Source of the DNA: Candidatus Firestoneibacteriota bacterium
GTDB taxonomy: Bacteria > Oederibacteriota > Muellerivitia > Muellerivitales > Muellerivitaceae
DNA length: 64,000 nt
Direction: 5' to 3'
Assembly (NCBI GenBank): GCA_013286205.1
Contig: JABDGD010000009.1
Coordinates: 3,759-67,758 of the forward strand
Made by a program: the position numbers and the translations under genes. The notes under the pieces were generated by a model. The model saw nothing but the letters and a program-made list of their open reading frames with translations, made no database searches and was not told the origin of the DNA. Positions 1 to 9,556 of the stretch are shown here, in pieces. Every line of letters starts with the position of its first letter. Position 1 is the stretch's first letter.

Positions 1-360
1 GGTGCGGGTTGCCGTAGCGGTCGAAGTGGCTGTTAAAGTCGTCGTAGGCGTAAAGGTCATGGTGCGCGTATAGGTCGGCGTCGCTGTATCGGTGGATGAA
101 GGCGTATAAGTTGAGGTCGCGGTGTTAGCCAGCGTGGGTGTGGATGTCGCCGTGAAGGTGTTAGTAAAGGTCGACGTATAAGTTTTGGTAGCCGTATTGG
201 TCACCGTACTGGTGTAAGTATTGCTGACGGTGGGTGTAAAGGTACTCGTTGAGGTTCGGGTATTCGTGGGTGTGCTCGTATAAGTGTAGGTTGGGGTGTT
301 GGTGTAGGTATTCGTTTTGGTCGGCGTGGGCGTATTCGTGTTGGTAGGCGTGGCCGTCGG
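1..360 (-). repeat. Coding low-complexity tract, (Thr-X)n
   Basis: Translation reads ...PTATPTNTNTPTPTKTNTYTNTPTYTYTSTPTNTRTSTST... down to the window edge. The listed ORF 161..550 is an off-frame reading of this tract. Confidence 0.8.
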
Positions 361-2415
361 CACGCTGCACTGAACATTCAACGCGATTGCCTGGTTCGTC
401 GTATTGCCACAAGGATTGGTAACCTGTACCCAAACCGTCACCGGACCCGAAGCGGGCATACCCGTAGTCCCTGCGGTAAGGCTGGCCGTGTAATTGGGGC
501 CCGATCCCGTAAAGTTGTTCCAGGTGTTCCAGCTGCCATCCAATGTCCATTGAGCCGTACTCACACTCACCGAATCGGTGGCGTTAATCGTCAGGTTAAA
601 AGGCGGGCAAACATTGGTCACGCCTGAGTCAATCGCCGGAGCGGTCACTGATAAATTCGGGAAAGTTGTTTCTACCGTGGATCCGCAAGCGGTCGCGTTG
701 GTGGAGTGGGCCGTCACGAACAAATTAAAGTCGGAAGAATTGGGTATGGCCAGCGGCGAATTGATGGTGGAAAGATATTCCCTCGCGACCCGCATCAAGG
801 TTAACCAGTCGTAACGATAGCTGATGGTGCTGCCGCCCCAGTGCGAAGACAGCGTGGTGAAAGCGCACTGTAAAGCGTTGTAAAGAGCCGTCTCCTGGGC
901 GCAGGTAAGGCTAAAGTGCATCAACAGCCCCCCTGTCCCCATCGTGCAGGGAGGCGCAGCGCTGTCGCCCCAGAAAAAGCTTTGAACATTGGCCCAGGTA
1001 ATTTGCGCGTCATAAATACTGACCGCGCCGGAGCAATTAGAGGCGCTTTCAATCGCGTTATAGGCGGTCAACACATCGCACACATAATTGCTGGCTTGCG
1101 GAAAACCCGCGCAAGTCAAAGTAGAATTCGTCGGTAAAGAATTTTGCCAGCCCGAATTAAGACCCTGGTTATAACCCGAAGCTAAAAACTTAGTAGCCAT
1201 CAAGGGATCACCGCTCCCTTCCAAAGAGCTCTTAAAGCAGAGGTTGGTCGATTGCGAAAGCGCGTCGTAAAGTTCCCAAAGATTTAATGCCGCCACCACT
1301 ACTGAATTGGCGGTCTCAGCGGAATTGCCGCCGATGTAGGAAGTGGTGCTGCAGCCCGTGGTCGGAGAAAGATAATAATAAAGGGGCTGTCCGCCCGAAC
1401 AACCCATATTGGGACAGTTCAAAATTGCCGTCGTGGCATCCGGTTGCGTCGAGATGCAGGAATAGTAAGGGAAGAATTGGGGGAAACCCTGAACACGGCT
1501 GACAAAGGTGTAGGATTCTTCGCTGAATAATCCCGCCACACCGGTGGTATTCGTCGATATAAAAAGCGGATTAGTCGTGCCGCAGGCAACCATTCCATCA
1601 AACTGTTCTTTGCCGCCCTGAGCCAACAACTGCATCATGTCGACGTTAAAATATTCCTGTCCCATGGCTACCGACATCATGTACATGGGGCCGCCCATGG
1701 AAGCCGTCGGATTAAATTGAACGCTGGTGCCGCTGATCGTGAAGCAGCTGCTGGGTATACCGACTTGAATTTGCGTCTCACCCGAAAAGTTATTGATAAA
1801 CCCGCCCGCGTCCGCTCCTCCGTTTTCCGCCCAGTGAGAACAAGCGGTGCTGTAATACCCCGCGGTCGCGGTCACCGCGGCTACTCCCGCGCAGCTCGCG
1901 ATCGGGGTCGGGGTGGGCGCCATCACAATCGGATTACAAGCGCCAGTTTTTAAAAGTGTTTGCATGTCATAAGGCGTGCCATCTTTTCCGGCGGGAACCG
2001 GATTGGCTCCAAAGCTGTAATCCGTGCGGCATTGATTGAGCGATAAAAGTTGTTCGTAGGGGGAAAGCATTTGCGTGTAAATGGCCGGCGCGGTTCCCGA
2101 AACACTAAATCCCGGCGAGTAACCGTAACCCGCGTATCCGTTGAAAGAAGGAGTTTTAAATCGAAAACCATAAACATTTTGAATAACAGGACTGTTGTTG
2201 CAAAGGTTGGCGACTAGGCTGACATAGCTACCGCTGGTGCAAGGGCAGCCAGTAAAAGTAACGGAAACACCGCCGGTCGTAGAAGCAAAGAGAGGTTGGG
2301 CGACTAAAAAAAACCATAGGGCTATAACTGCCATGGCTTTCCGTTTAAAACCTGCAATCGTTTTCAGACGATTCTTCAAAAACTCTCTCAATTCTTGATT
2401 AAAAAGCGCTTTCAT
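1..2415 (-). CDS. Secreted Cys-rich protein of unknown function with C-terminal Ig-like segment and (Thr-X)n tract; 3' end beyond window (partial)
   Basis: The minus frame has no stop from 2541 down to base 1 (checked codon by codon). It is absent from the ORF track because no stop is reached. ATG 2415 gives MKALFNQELRELFKNRLKTIAGFKRKAMAVIALWFFLVAQPLFA, which is signal-like (alternative ATG 2334). There are 24 Cys in the visible mature part. Bases 1-360 encode Thr at every second residue. Confidence 0.6.
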   Translation of the reverse strand, partial: MKALFNQELREFLKNRLKTIAGFKRKAMAVIALWFFLVAQPLFASTTGGVSVTFTGCPCTSGSYVSLVANLCNNSPVIQNVYGFRFKTPSFNGYAGYGYSPGFSVSGTAPAIYTQMLSPYEQLLSLNQCRTDYSFGANPVPAGKDGTPYDMQTLLKTGACNPIVMAPTPTPIASCAGVAAVTATAGYYSTACSHWAENGGADAGGFINNFSGETQIQVGIPSSCFTISGTSVQFNPTASMGGPMYMMSVAMGQEYFNVDMMQLLAQGGKEQFDGMVACGTTNPLFISTNTTGVAGLFSEESYTFVSRVQGFPQFFPYYSCISTQPDATTAILNCPNMGCSGGQPLYYYLSPTTGCSTTSYIGGNSAETANSVVVAALNLWELYDALSQSTNLCFKSSLEGSGDPLMATKFLASGYNQGLNSGWQNSLPTNSTLTCAGFPQASNYVCDVLTAYNAIESASNCSGAVSIYDAQITWANVQSFFWGDSAAPPCTMGTGGLLMHFSLTCAQETALYNALQCAFTTLSSHWGGSTISYRYDWLTLMRVAREYLSTINSPLAIPNSSDFNLFVTAHSTNATACGSTVETTFPNLSVTAPAIDSGVTNVCPPFNLTINATDSVSVSTAQWTLDGSWNTWNNFTGSGPNYTASLTAGTTGMPASGPVTVWVQVTNPCGNTTNQAIALNVQCSVPTATPTNTNTPTPTKTNTYTNTPTYTYTSTPTNTRTSTSTFTPTVSNTYTSTVTNTATKTYTSTFTNTFTATSTPTLANTATSTYTPSSTDTATPTYTRTMTFTPTTTLTATSTATATRT

Positions 2416-2631
2416 TTGGTGTGGAGGGGCATCGATTAACGAAATTTTACCCCTCAATGTCAGAAATGTAAAGGGACCTACAATCGTTTGACATAAGGCA
2501 AATAACCAATAAAAGACGCCCTTTTGCAACAGTCCGTGGTTTTAAAAGCAAAACGGAAATCAATATCCGGAAAATCGTTTTCAGTTAGCGATAAGTGCAA
2601 AATTCAAAACAAAGCTATTATCACCGGCTTC

Positions 2632-3267
2632 CTACTTCGCCTTACGAGAACGCTTTTCAACCCGCACGATGTATTGGTCTCTCAAGAAGCGCCACAAGAG
2701 CAATCCCAAAAAGGCCGCGATTAAAATCGCCAGGATCAAAATCAAATACAAAACCGCGTCGCCAATCCAAACACGAACCAGCCCCCATCGCTCGCCAAAG
2801 TAATAGCCGCCAAAAAGATAAAGACAAACATAAGCCGCGGATCCCAACAAATTATAAAAAAGAAACGGACGTAAGGGAGTCTTCCCCATTCCCGCCAAGA
2901 GGCCCGTAACCGGATGAAGCAGCGCGATGAAGCGGGCGAAAAAAACCGCTTTGGCCCCGTGCTTTTCAAAAAACTTTTCAATCCGGTTGATTTTCTCGGG
3001 CGTCATTTTGATCCAGCTGATCTTGGTTAAAAGCGGGTGGCCAAAACGCATCCCGATCCAATAACCTCCGTTAGCGCCCATAAAACACCCGAGGGTTCCG
3101 CTGCACCAGGCGATCCAAATGGAAAGATTGCCTTTAGCGGAAAAAAAGCCGGCCGCCAGCAGAATCGTGTCACCTGGAACCGGTACGCCCAAGTTGTTTA
3201 AAAAAACAACCAGACCGATCACCCAGTAGCCATACTCCGCCAATAACGACTGCATCCAATGAATCAA
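2632..3267 (-). CDS. DedA/VTT-family inner-membrane protein
   Basis: 211 aa, multi-TM. The blocks YGYWVIGLVVFLNNLGVPVPGDTILLAAGFF and AKAVFFARFIALLHPVTGLLAGMGK are typical of the DedA (SNARE-associated) family. A paralog at 50434..51081 shares both blocks. Confidence 0.8.
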   Translation of the reverse strand: MIHWMQSLLAEYGYWVIGLVVFLNNLGVPVPGDTILLAAGFFSAKGNLSIWIAWCSGTLGCFMGANGGYWIGMRFGHPLLTKISWIKMTPEKINRIEKFFEKHGAKAVFFARFIALLHPVTGLLAGMGKTPLRPFLFYNLLGSAAYVCLYLFGGYYFGERWGLVRVWIGDAVLYLILILAILIAAFLGLLLWRFLRDQYIVRVEKRSRKAK

Positions 3268-3286
3268 AGGAGCCCTCTTTTTTTAT

Positions 3287-4534
3287 TTAAAACCAAAAAC
3301 GAAACCGGTAAAAAACCCAACCCAAAAACCGAAGCCACCAGGAACGTTGAGTCACATCCGCTAAAAATATTTCTTTCGACTCAGCCATATCTCTCACACA
3401 TTGTTCTTCCAAAGCCTTCTTCGTTTTTCGATCTTGCGGAACCACATTAATTTCCAGATCTTTCCGCAGACTCCGATAATCTAAATTGCTGGATCCCACC
3501 AGCATCCCCGAATCCACAATAAGTGTTTTTGCGTGAAGCACACTCTTCTGATATTCATAAAGACGGCAGCCTGCCCGTAATAAAACGGAATAAAAAACCA
3601 TCGACACCCAACGGACCACCGGCACATCAGACAACCCCGGAATGATAATTCTCACATCACATCCGCGCCGGCCCGCATTGGCCAGAGCCATCAGCAAAGC
3701 CCGGTTCGGTACAAAATAAGGCGTGGTCACCCAAATGCGCTTTTGGGCCTCGCGAAACCACTTCAATAATTCTTTTCGGTATGCGACACGAAGACGCCGC
3801 GTAAATGTCAGCCGAACCGGACTAAGCGCCGCATCATGCACCGCCCAGAGTTTGAGCATTTTACGGTATTTCGATTGGTATAACCGGGGCCATGGATCAT
3901 TCCAGGCAATCTCAAAAGCCTCTAAAAAGACCAGTGTTTTAACACCCGACAACTTGATTCCAGTATCGCGCCAGGTTCTGTCTTTTCGATAAGCGCGAAC
4001 GTGCCAATCGGAAATATTAAAACTCCCCATCCAAATCCGAACCCCATCCACCATATAAAGTTTTCGATGGTTTCTATGCTTCCCGCGATTAAAAAGTAAA
4101 TGAACTCGGCGAATTCCGCTGAGCCAATGGCCCTTTAAAAAAGGAGGCATTGAATTCGACAGAAAAACCGGCCAGGATCGGTAAACCTTATAAGAGACCC
4201 CCGCCCTTTTCAGCTTCGGCCCATAGTGATCAGAAAAATCCTGCGAGCCAACTCCATCAGCCAACACGCGTACCTTAACACCCCGGCGGACCGCCCTGAC
4301 GAGGGCCTTGACCATTCGATCCGCTAGTTTTCCCGGTTCAAAAATGTAGGTTTCAATATCAACATGATGTTTGGCCCCTTCAATCGCTTTTAAAAGGTCA
4401 TCAAAATAGCTGCCGCCATCAAAATAAACTTTTTCTGTTTTCCAAGACGGGATCACCGAAATATTATTTCGTTTCCCAAATAACGGAATTGGATTTAAAG
4501 CTTCTTTGACACGGTTCATCGCTCTACCTTTCAC
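3287..4534 (-). CDS. Phospholipase D-superfamily phospholipid synthase (cardiolipin synthase ClsB-like)
   Basis: Two HKD motifs are present: HRKLYMVDGVRIWMGSFNISD and HAKTLIVDSGMLVGSSNLDYRS. There is no N-terminal TM. The start is GTG 4534 or ATG 4519 (MNRVKE). It lies 20 nt upstream of the DedA gene. Confidence 0.8.
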   Translation of the reverse strand: MKGRAMNRVKEALNPIPLFGKRNNISVIPSWKTEKVYFDGGSYFDDLLKAIEGAKHHVDIETYIFEPGKLADRMVKALVRAVRRGVKVRVLADGVGSQDFSDHYGPKLKRAGVSYKVYRSWPVFLSNSMPPFLKGHWLSGIRRVHLLFNRGKHRNHRKLYMVDGVRIWMGSFNISDWHVRAYRKDRTWRDTGIKLSGVKTLVFLEAFEIAWNDPWPRLYQSKYRKMLKLWAVHDAALSPVRLTFTRRLRVAYRKELLKWFREAQKRIWVTTPYFVPNRALLMALANAGRRGCDVRIIIPGLSDVPVVRWVSMVFYSVLLRAGCRLYEYQKSVLHAKTLIVDSGMLVGSSNLDYRSLRKDLEINVVPQDRKTKKALEEQCVRDMAESKEIFLADVTQRSWWLRFLGWVFYRFRFWF

Positions 4535-4572
4535 CTTATTTGGCTAGTTTAACGCCCCACGGCTAACAAAAC

Positions 4573-4609
4573 AAAAAAAGCCAAACGAAAATGAATCATT
4601 TCGTTTGGC
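4573..4609 (-). terminator. Rho-independent terminator after rhodanese-like gene
   Basis: An 11-bp stem, GCCAAACGAAA (4580-4590) pairing with TTTCGTTTGGC (4599-4609), is followed on the minus strand by a T7 run (plus-strand A-run 4573-4579). Confidence 0.75.
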
Positions 4610-4637
4610 TTCAAAGCACTTTAAAGTTTAATGAGCC

Positions 4638-5012
4638 TTATTGGAAACTTGGCGGATTCGCCGGCGGAGCGGGCTCGCGCAAGACAACAGTCGAACCTTC
4701 CGAGGGATAACCAGCGGCAAACCAATCTTGCATACCACCCGAATAGTTCTGCGCCTTCAAGCCTCCCGCGATTAAAGCTGCGGACGCTTCATAGCTATCT
4801 AATAGTCCAAAATGATGGCCATAAGTGACAAAGTCTTTATCTTTTCCGTGAGTTTTCAACACTTCCACGGTAAAAGCTTGATGATCTTCGGTCAAAGGAA
4901 TGTTCTCAGAACCTTTAATATGTAATTTTTGAAAAGCGGACTTCGGCAAAACATTAATTACAACCACACGTTCATCTCTCATTTTCGCCAACAACTCTTC
5001 TTTTTTTAGCAC
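4638..5012 (-). CDS. Rhodanese-like domain protein, probably inactive (no active-site Cys)
   Basis: 124 aa. VVVINVLPKSAFQKLHIKGSENIPL aligns with paralog 20080..20457, but the active-site loop reads VTYGHHFGLLDS instead of ITYCAGFTCNAG. Confidence 0.6.
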   Translation of the reverse strand: MLKKEELLAKMRDERVVVINVLPKSAFQKLHIKGSENIPLTEDHQAFTVEVLKTHGKDKDFVTYGHHFGLLDSYEASAALIAGGLKAQNYSGGMQDWFAAGYPSEGSTVVLREPAPPANPPSFQ

Positions 5013-5174
5013 AATTTCTCGTTTCTTTTTAAGTGAGTGATCAGACTTACACTCTAGGGGGATTGGCGCCTAATAGCTTGCGTGATTCAAAAATACATTG
5101 ATGACAGGCCCTCGTTTTTAGACTTTTCAAGCGGAATAAAGATGGTTTTTTAAGAACTCTTCTGATACTCGGCT

Positions 5175-6251
5175 TTAATTCCACTTCACCTGCATTAAAG
5201 CCCGGCCTTTTAAAGACACCCTCAATTCGATTCCCTCATCATCCGCGAAACCGTCTATCACCTTAAAGCTATCCACTTGGGTGATCAGTGTGGCGAAGGG
5301 GCCCACCGGTCTGTTTAACACCACATTAAGTCGGTCTTTAATCTGATCCACTTTAGGACCCACGGGCACCCGGGCCGCCTTACGAAGCTCATTTTTAATA
5401 TCAGAGTTGAATATCCAGTCAGCCATCTGTACTAACAAATCACTCGATTTAATTTCAAAATTTAAATCCGGTAAATCAAACATCTGTTTACCCGGCCGGT
5501 AACGCGGCGTGCCCCTCAAGTAAATCGTCAGTTTCGCGGGCTTGTCTCCCAGATTAATGATAGGCGGACTATATTCCACATTGACCCTGACGACGACCTG
5601 ACCGTCCGCGCCCGAAAGGTGAATATCTTTAATTTTTAATTTCCGTTCACCTGACCCCGGAACTAGTCTGTCCAGAATTTTCAAACGGGGGTCATGTAGA
5701 TAATTATTTACTTCCTCATAACTCATTTTCACGTTACTCACCGCCTCAAAAACGGGAGGGCCTGATTTAAAAAGAGAAAGCGGAGGTATAATTTTTTTAA
5801 ACGTCGTTGGTTTTTTTCCAAAAACCACTTCTGGATTGGCTGTCATTTCCAAAACCGTATGGGCCGTTAGTAATTTTTTAGGTTCTAAGCGCATAATCCC
5901 CATGCTAAGCGTCTCCGGCCTAATGAGGAGCCAAATACCTTTATCCAGAAAAATAGGCTCCTGCATCGTGGCCCAAAGGTCCGTCAACCGGGGTTTAATA
6001 TCCAGGCCCGACATGGTGTACATATTCGGCATTAACTGCCGGACACCCCCTTTTAAGAAGGTCGAGACATGCCGAAAAATATCCCCGCCCGTAGGAAAAA
6101 CAATTTCAATTGGCAGACGAACCACACTGGGTTCGGATGGAGGAAAACTGCGTATCGGCGCCGCCGCATGATGGGAGAAGGTGCCGCATCCGCTGAGGAT
6201 GACCGTTAAAGAAATCGATAAAAAGACGCGTTTTAGTTGGATGATATTCAT
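5175..6251 (-). CDS. Lipoprotein of unknown function
   Basis: 358 aa. The signal peptide has a lipobox, LTVILSGCGTF. No catalytic motif was recognised. Confidence 0.55.
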   Translation of the reverse strand: MNIIQLKRVFLSISLTVILSGCGTFSHHAAAPIRSFPPSEPSVVRLPIEIVFPTGGDIFRHVSTFLKGGVRQLMPNMYTMSGLDIKPRLTDLWATMQEPIFLDKGIWLLIRPETLSMGIMRLEPKKLLTAHTVLEMTANPEVVFGKKPTTFKKIIPPLSLFKSGPPVFEAVSNVKMSYEEVNNYLHDPRLKILDRLVPGSGERKLKIKDIHLSGADGQVVVRVNVEYSPPIINLGDKPAKLTIYLRGTPRYRPGKQMFDLPDLNFEIKSSDLLVQMADWIFNSDIKNELRKAARVPVGPKVDQIKDRLNVVLNRPVGPFATLITQVDSFKVIDGFADDEGIELRVSLKGRALMQVKWN

Positions 6252-6381
6252 GTTCCTATTTTAGACGATCTTGAACGTTAAACCATGTCCCCGCCCTCTT
6301 TATTTAAGCCCGGAGCGCCCCTTGTTTCTGCCTTTCCAACACTCCTACAATGTCTCCATCAATCACAATTAAAGGATCACC

Positions 6382-7806
6382 ATGTCTTCCAAACCCTTAA
6401 CTCTGGGCCAACTGAAAGCTTCCCAATATCCCGACTTTACCGTGAAGGAAGAGCTCGAGCGCAACCTAATTAAAAGAATCCGTTCCGGCGAGCCTCTTTT
6501 CTCCCAAATTCACGGCTTTGAAGAAACCGTTCTTCCTCAACTGATCAACGCCATCCTCTCTCACCACGACATTGTGCTTTTAGGAGAAAAAGGCCAGGCG
6601 AAGAGCCGCATCATGCGTTCTCTTATTCAATTTTTAGATGAAGAGATTCCCGTGGTAAAAGGCTGTGAGATTCACGACCACCCTTATCACCCTATCTGCT
6701 CCGCCTGCCGTAAAAAACTAGCGGCTCAGGGTGACCAGTTGGAAATTGAATGGATCGGCCGCGAAAGCCGTTACGGTGAACGCTTGTCGCCCGGCACCAA
6801 GATCGCCGACCTGATTGGTGACCTGGACCCCGCTAAAGTAGCCGCCGGTAATCCTCTGGCCAGCGAAGAAGCCATTCACTTTGGCCTCATCCCCCGCATG
6901 AACCGCGGCATCTTCGCCGTGAACGAACTTCCCGATTTGGAATATCTGGTGCAAGTAGCGCTCTTTAACATTTTGGAAGAACGCGACATTCAGGTTCGCG
7001 GCTACCCCATCCGGTTTGATTTGGATTTAACCCTGCTCTTCACCGCCAACCCCGAGGAATACACCCGCGCTGGAAAAATTATTACCCAGTTGAAAGACCG
7101 CATCGGCGCGGAAATCCGCACCCACTATCCCCTCACCCGGGAACTGGGCATCAAGATCATTCAGCAGGAAGCCCGTGTGCCGAAAAATGACGATGTCAAA
7201 TTAACCGTTCCGGATTTTATGACGGAGATTATTGAACAAATCACCATTGAGGCCCGCAAGAGCCCTTATGTGAATCAAAAGTCCGGCGTCTCGGCCCGCC
7301 TCTCCATCGCCAACTACGAAACCATGATCGCCAATGCCCGTCGGCGCGCTTACATCCTGGGTGAAACCGAAGCGGTGCCCCGTATGTCCGATCTCAATTA
7401 TCTCTATACTTCTTCCTCGGGAAAAATTGACCTCGACCCTTTCCGTGAAGAGACCGTGAACGAGTTTCAGGTCTTCAGCAAAATCATGGAAAAGGCCATC
7501 GGACAGGTCTTTAAGGAACACATGGAGAAAGGCCAGTTGGAAGCCATAAACGTTGATCTTACGGGTGACAAACACATCCGCGTTTCCGAATTAACGCCCT
7601 CACCTGAATACAAAGCGGTCATTTCCCAATTGCCTCAAATTTGGGAACCCGTTCATCATCTCAACGGCAAAAACTCGGAAGCTTACCAGGCTTCCTGCGT
7701 GGAATTTGTGCTCGAAGGTTTGCACCTGACAGGCAAATTATCCCGCAATAAAGTGGGCGAGATGATGGATTACCAGGCTCCTGCCCAAAAGAAAAAGAAG
7801 GAATAG
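6382..7806 (+). CDS. AAA+ ATPase, Mg-chelatase ChlI/MoxR-like, atypical Walker A
   Basis: 474 aa. The P-loop region reads HDIVLLGEKGQAKSRIMRSL. The Walker B/sensor region GIFAVNELPDLEYLVQVALFNILEERDIQVRGYPIRFDLDLTLLFTANP resembles ChlI/BchI-type AAA+. The stop is 4 nt before the VWA gene. Confidence 0.65.
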   Translation: MSSKPLTLGQLKASQYPDFTVKEELERNLIKRIRSGEPLFSQIHGFEETVLPQLINAILSHHDIVLLGEKGQAKSRIMRSLIQFLDEEIPVVKGCEIHDHPYHPICSACRKKLAAQGDQLEIEWIGRESRYGERLSPGTKIADLIGDLDPAKVAAGNPLASEEAIHFGLIPRMNRGIFAVNELPDLEYLVQVALFNILEERDIQVRGYPIRFDLDLTLLFTANPEEYTRAGKIITQLKDRIGAEIRTHYPLTRELGIKIIQQEARVPKNDDVKLTVPDFMTEIIEQITIEARKSPYVNQKSGVSARLSIANYETMIANARRRAYILGETEAVPRMSDLNYLYTSSSGKIDLDPFREETVNEFQVFSKIMEKAIGQVFKEHMEKGQLEAINVDLTGDKHIRVSELTPSPEYKAVISQLPQIWEPVHHLNGKNSEAYQASCVEFVLEGLHLTGKLSRNKVGEMMDYQAPAQKKKKE

Positions 7807-7810
7807 AACC

Positions 7811-9556
7811 GTGATAACCCACGACTATTCCGAATGGCACGAGCCGGAAAAGCCTCCCTTTACGGTGGAGGAACTCATCAACGCGGTCAAAGAATTGATG
7901 ATGCAGTATCACGTATCCTTCGATGAAGCCCTCAAGCATCTTCAGGAACGGGGTCTTCCTTATAACGAGTTCCTTAAAGTCGGCGGGCTGGATGAGCTGA
8001 TTCAAGGTTATCTGGATCAAATCGACAAACAAAAGCAGGAGATTCTGGAGAAACACCGGATTGATGACCTATTAACCAAACTGGAAGAGGACATCCGCCG
8101 TAAGTCGCTGGAGCTGGAACAAATTGTCGCCAAGCTCAAAGACAAAAACCTTTCCCAGCAATTAGAAGAGGGCCTCAAACAACGCCATCCCGCCCAGCTT
8201 TACGCCGTGGATTGGCAGTTATCCCGTTCGAAAGACAAAAGCACCTCTCAAGCGCGCCAGCAATTACAGGAGTTGGTTCAGCTCATTCAGCAAATGAAAT
8301 CCCTGACCGAATTAAATAAAGACCACCCTTTCACTGGTCAAAAAAGTGTTAATCCTACCGAGGCTCAACGGCTCAAAGAAAAACTCGATATGCTGGATGA
8401 TCTTCAACAAAAATTGGTCGACGCCATTGAGTACGGTGATCTTTTTAATATGGATGTGGAGCAGTTAAAAGAATTGCTCGGCGAGGAAGCGGCCCAGGCC
8501 TTTGAGGCCAAACGGGACGAAGTGCGCAAACAGTTTGCCGAGGCCCTGCAGGCCACCGGCGATGTGGACTACAACGAAGAAACCGACATTTACAAAATCA
8601 CCCCCGGCGCGGCCCGCAAGATCGGCGAAAAAGCTCTCAAGGAAGTTTTCTCCCGGCTATTTACGGACGGCATTGGCCGCCATCACGCCACCTTTACAGG
8701 CGACGGCAATGTGGAGATGACCACCACACAGCCCTATGAGTTCGGAGACTCGCTGACTTCACTGGATCTCCCCTCCAGCCTGCTCAATTCGGCTATTCGG
8801 CAAATCGACTCACCCGACAGTGTGAAGGGCAAAATCCGCATCGACAGCCGGGATTTCGTGGTGCACCAAACCAAAGGGGCGGCCTCCAGCGCCATCGTGA
8901 TGCTCATCGACCAAAGCGGTTCCATGTCCCGGGAAGGCCGTTTCTTTAACGCCAAAAAGCTGGCGCTGGCCCTCGACGCGCTCATCCGTACTGAATATCC
9001 CGAGGACAAACTCTACTTCATTTGTTTTTCCACCTTCGCCAAGCAAATTCCTATCGGCGCCATACCCGAGCTGGCGCCCAAGCCTGTCACCATCATGGGC
9101 GGTGCGGTCAATATGCGTATCGATTACTCCAAAGAAGTCAGCCAGCGCAGTAAAGACCTCATCCCGGAGCATTTCACCAATTTGCAAAAAGGATTGGAAC
9201 TGGCCCGGGTACTGCTGGCCAATACAGATACTAAAAACAAAAGCATACTTTTAATTACGGACGGCGCGCCCACGGCTTTTTACGAAGATTCTTTCCTATA
9301 CCTAACCTATCCACCCAACGAACGCACTTATGACCGGACTCTGCGGGAAGTAAAGGCCGTGACCGACGAAAACATCACCATCAATACCTTCGTCATGGGA
9401 AATGATTTTGAGATGAACTATTTCGGAGAAGGCGAGTTTTTGGAGAAGATGCACCGGGTCAACAAGGGAAGGCTCATCTATCCCGCCCCCGACAAGCTCA
9501 CCCAGTATGTGTTAAAAGATTATTTAGACCGCAAGAACAAGATTATTCAGATTTAA
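7811..9556 (+). CDS. Coiled-coil / von Willebrand factor A (VWA) domain protein
   Basis: 581 aa with a GTG start. The N-terminal half is E/K/Q/L-rich and coiled-coil-like. The C-terminal VWA domain carries the MIDAS motif in AIVMLIDQSGSMS, and later ILLITDGAPT. Confidence 0.75.
   Translation: MITHDYSEWHEPEKPPFTVEELINAVKELMMQYHVSFDEALKHLQERGLPYNEFLKVGGLDELIQGYLDQIDKQKQEILEKHRIDDLLTKLEEDIRRKSLELEQIVAKLKDKNLSQQLEEGLKQRHPAQLYAVDWQLSRSKDKSTSQARQQLQELVQLIQQMKSLTELNKDHPFTGQKSVNPTEAQRLKEKLDMLDDLQQKLVDAIEYGDLFNMDVEQLKELLGEEAAQAFEAKRDEVRKQFAEALQATGDVDYNEETDIYKITPGAARKIGEKALKEVFSRLFTDGIGRHHATFTGDGNVEMTTTQPYEFGDSLTSLDLPSSLLNSAIRQIDSPDSVKGKIRIDSRDFVVHQTKGAASSAIVMLIDQSGSMSREGRFFNAKKLALALDALIRTEYPEDKLYFICFSTFAKQIPIGAIPELAPKPVTIMGGAVNMRIDYSKEVSQRSKDLIPEHFTNLQKGLELARVLLANTDTKNKSILLITDGAPTAFYEDSFLYLTYPPNERTYDRTLREVKAVTDENITINTFVMGNDFEMNYFGEGEFLEKMHRVNKGRLIYPAPDKLTQYVLKDYLDRKNKIIQI

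Noticed and set aside
161-550. Listed 129-aa minus-strand ORF rich in H/Y/Q/E
   Set aside because: It is an off-frame reading of the (Thr-X)n tract and Ig-like segment of the long partial gene 1..2415. The other minus frame is open across the whole 2.4 kb and gives a protein-like sequence with a signal peptide.
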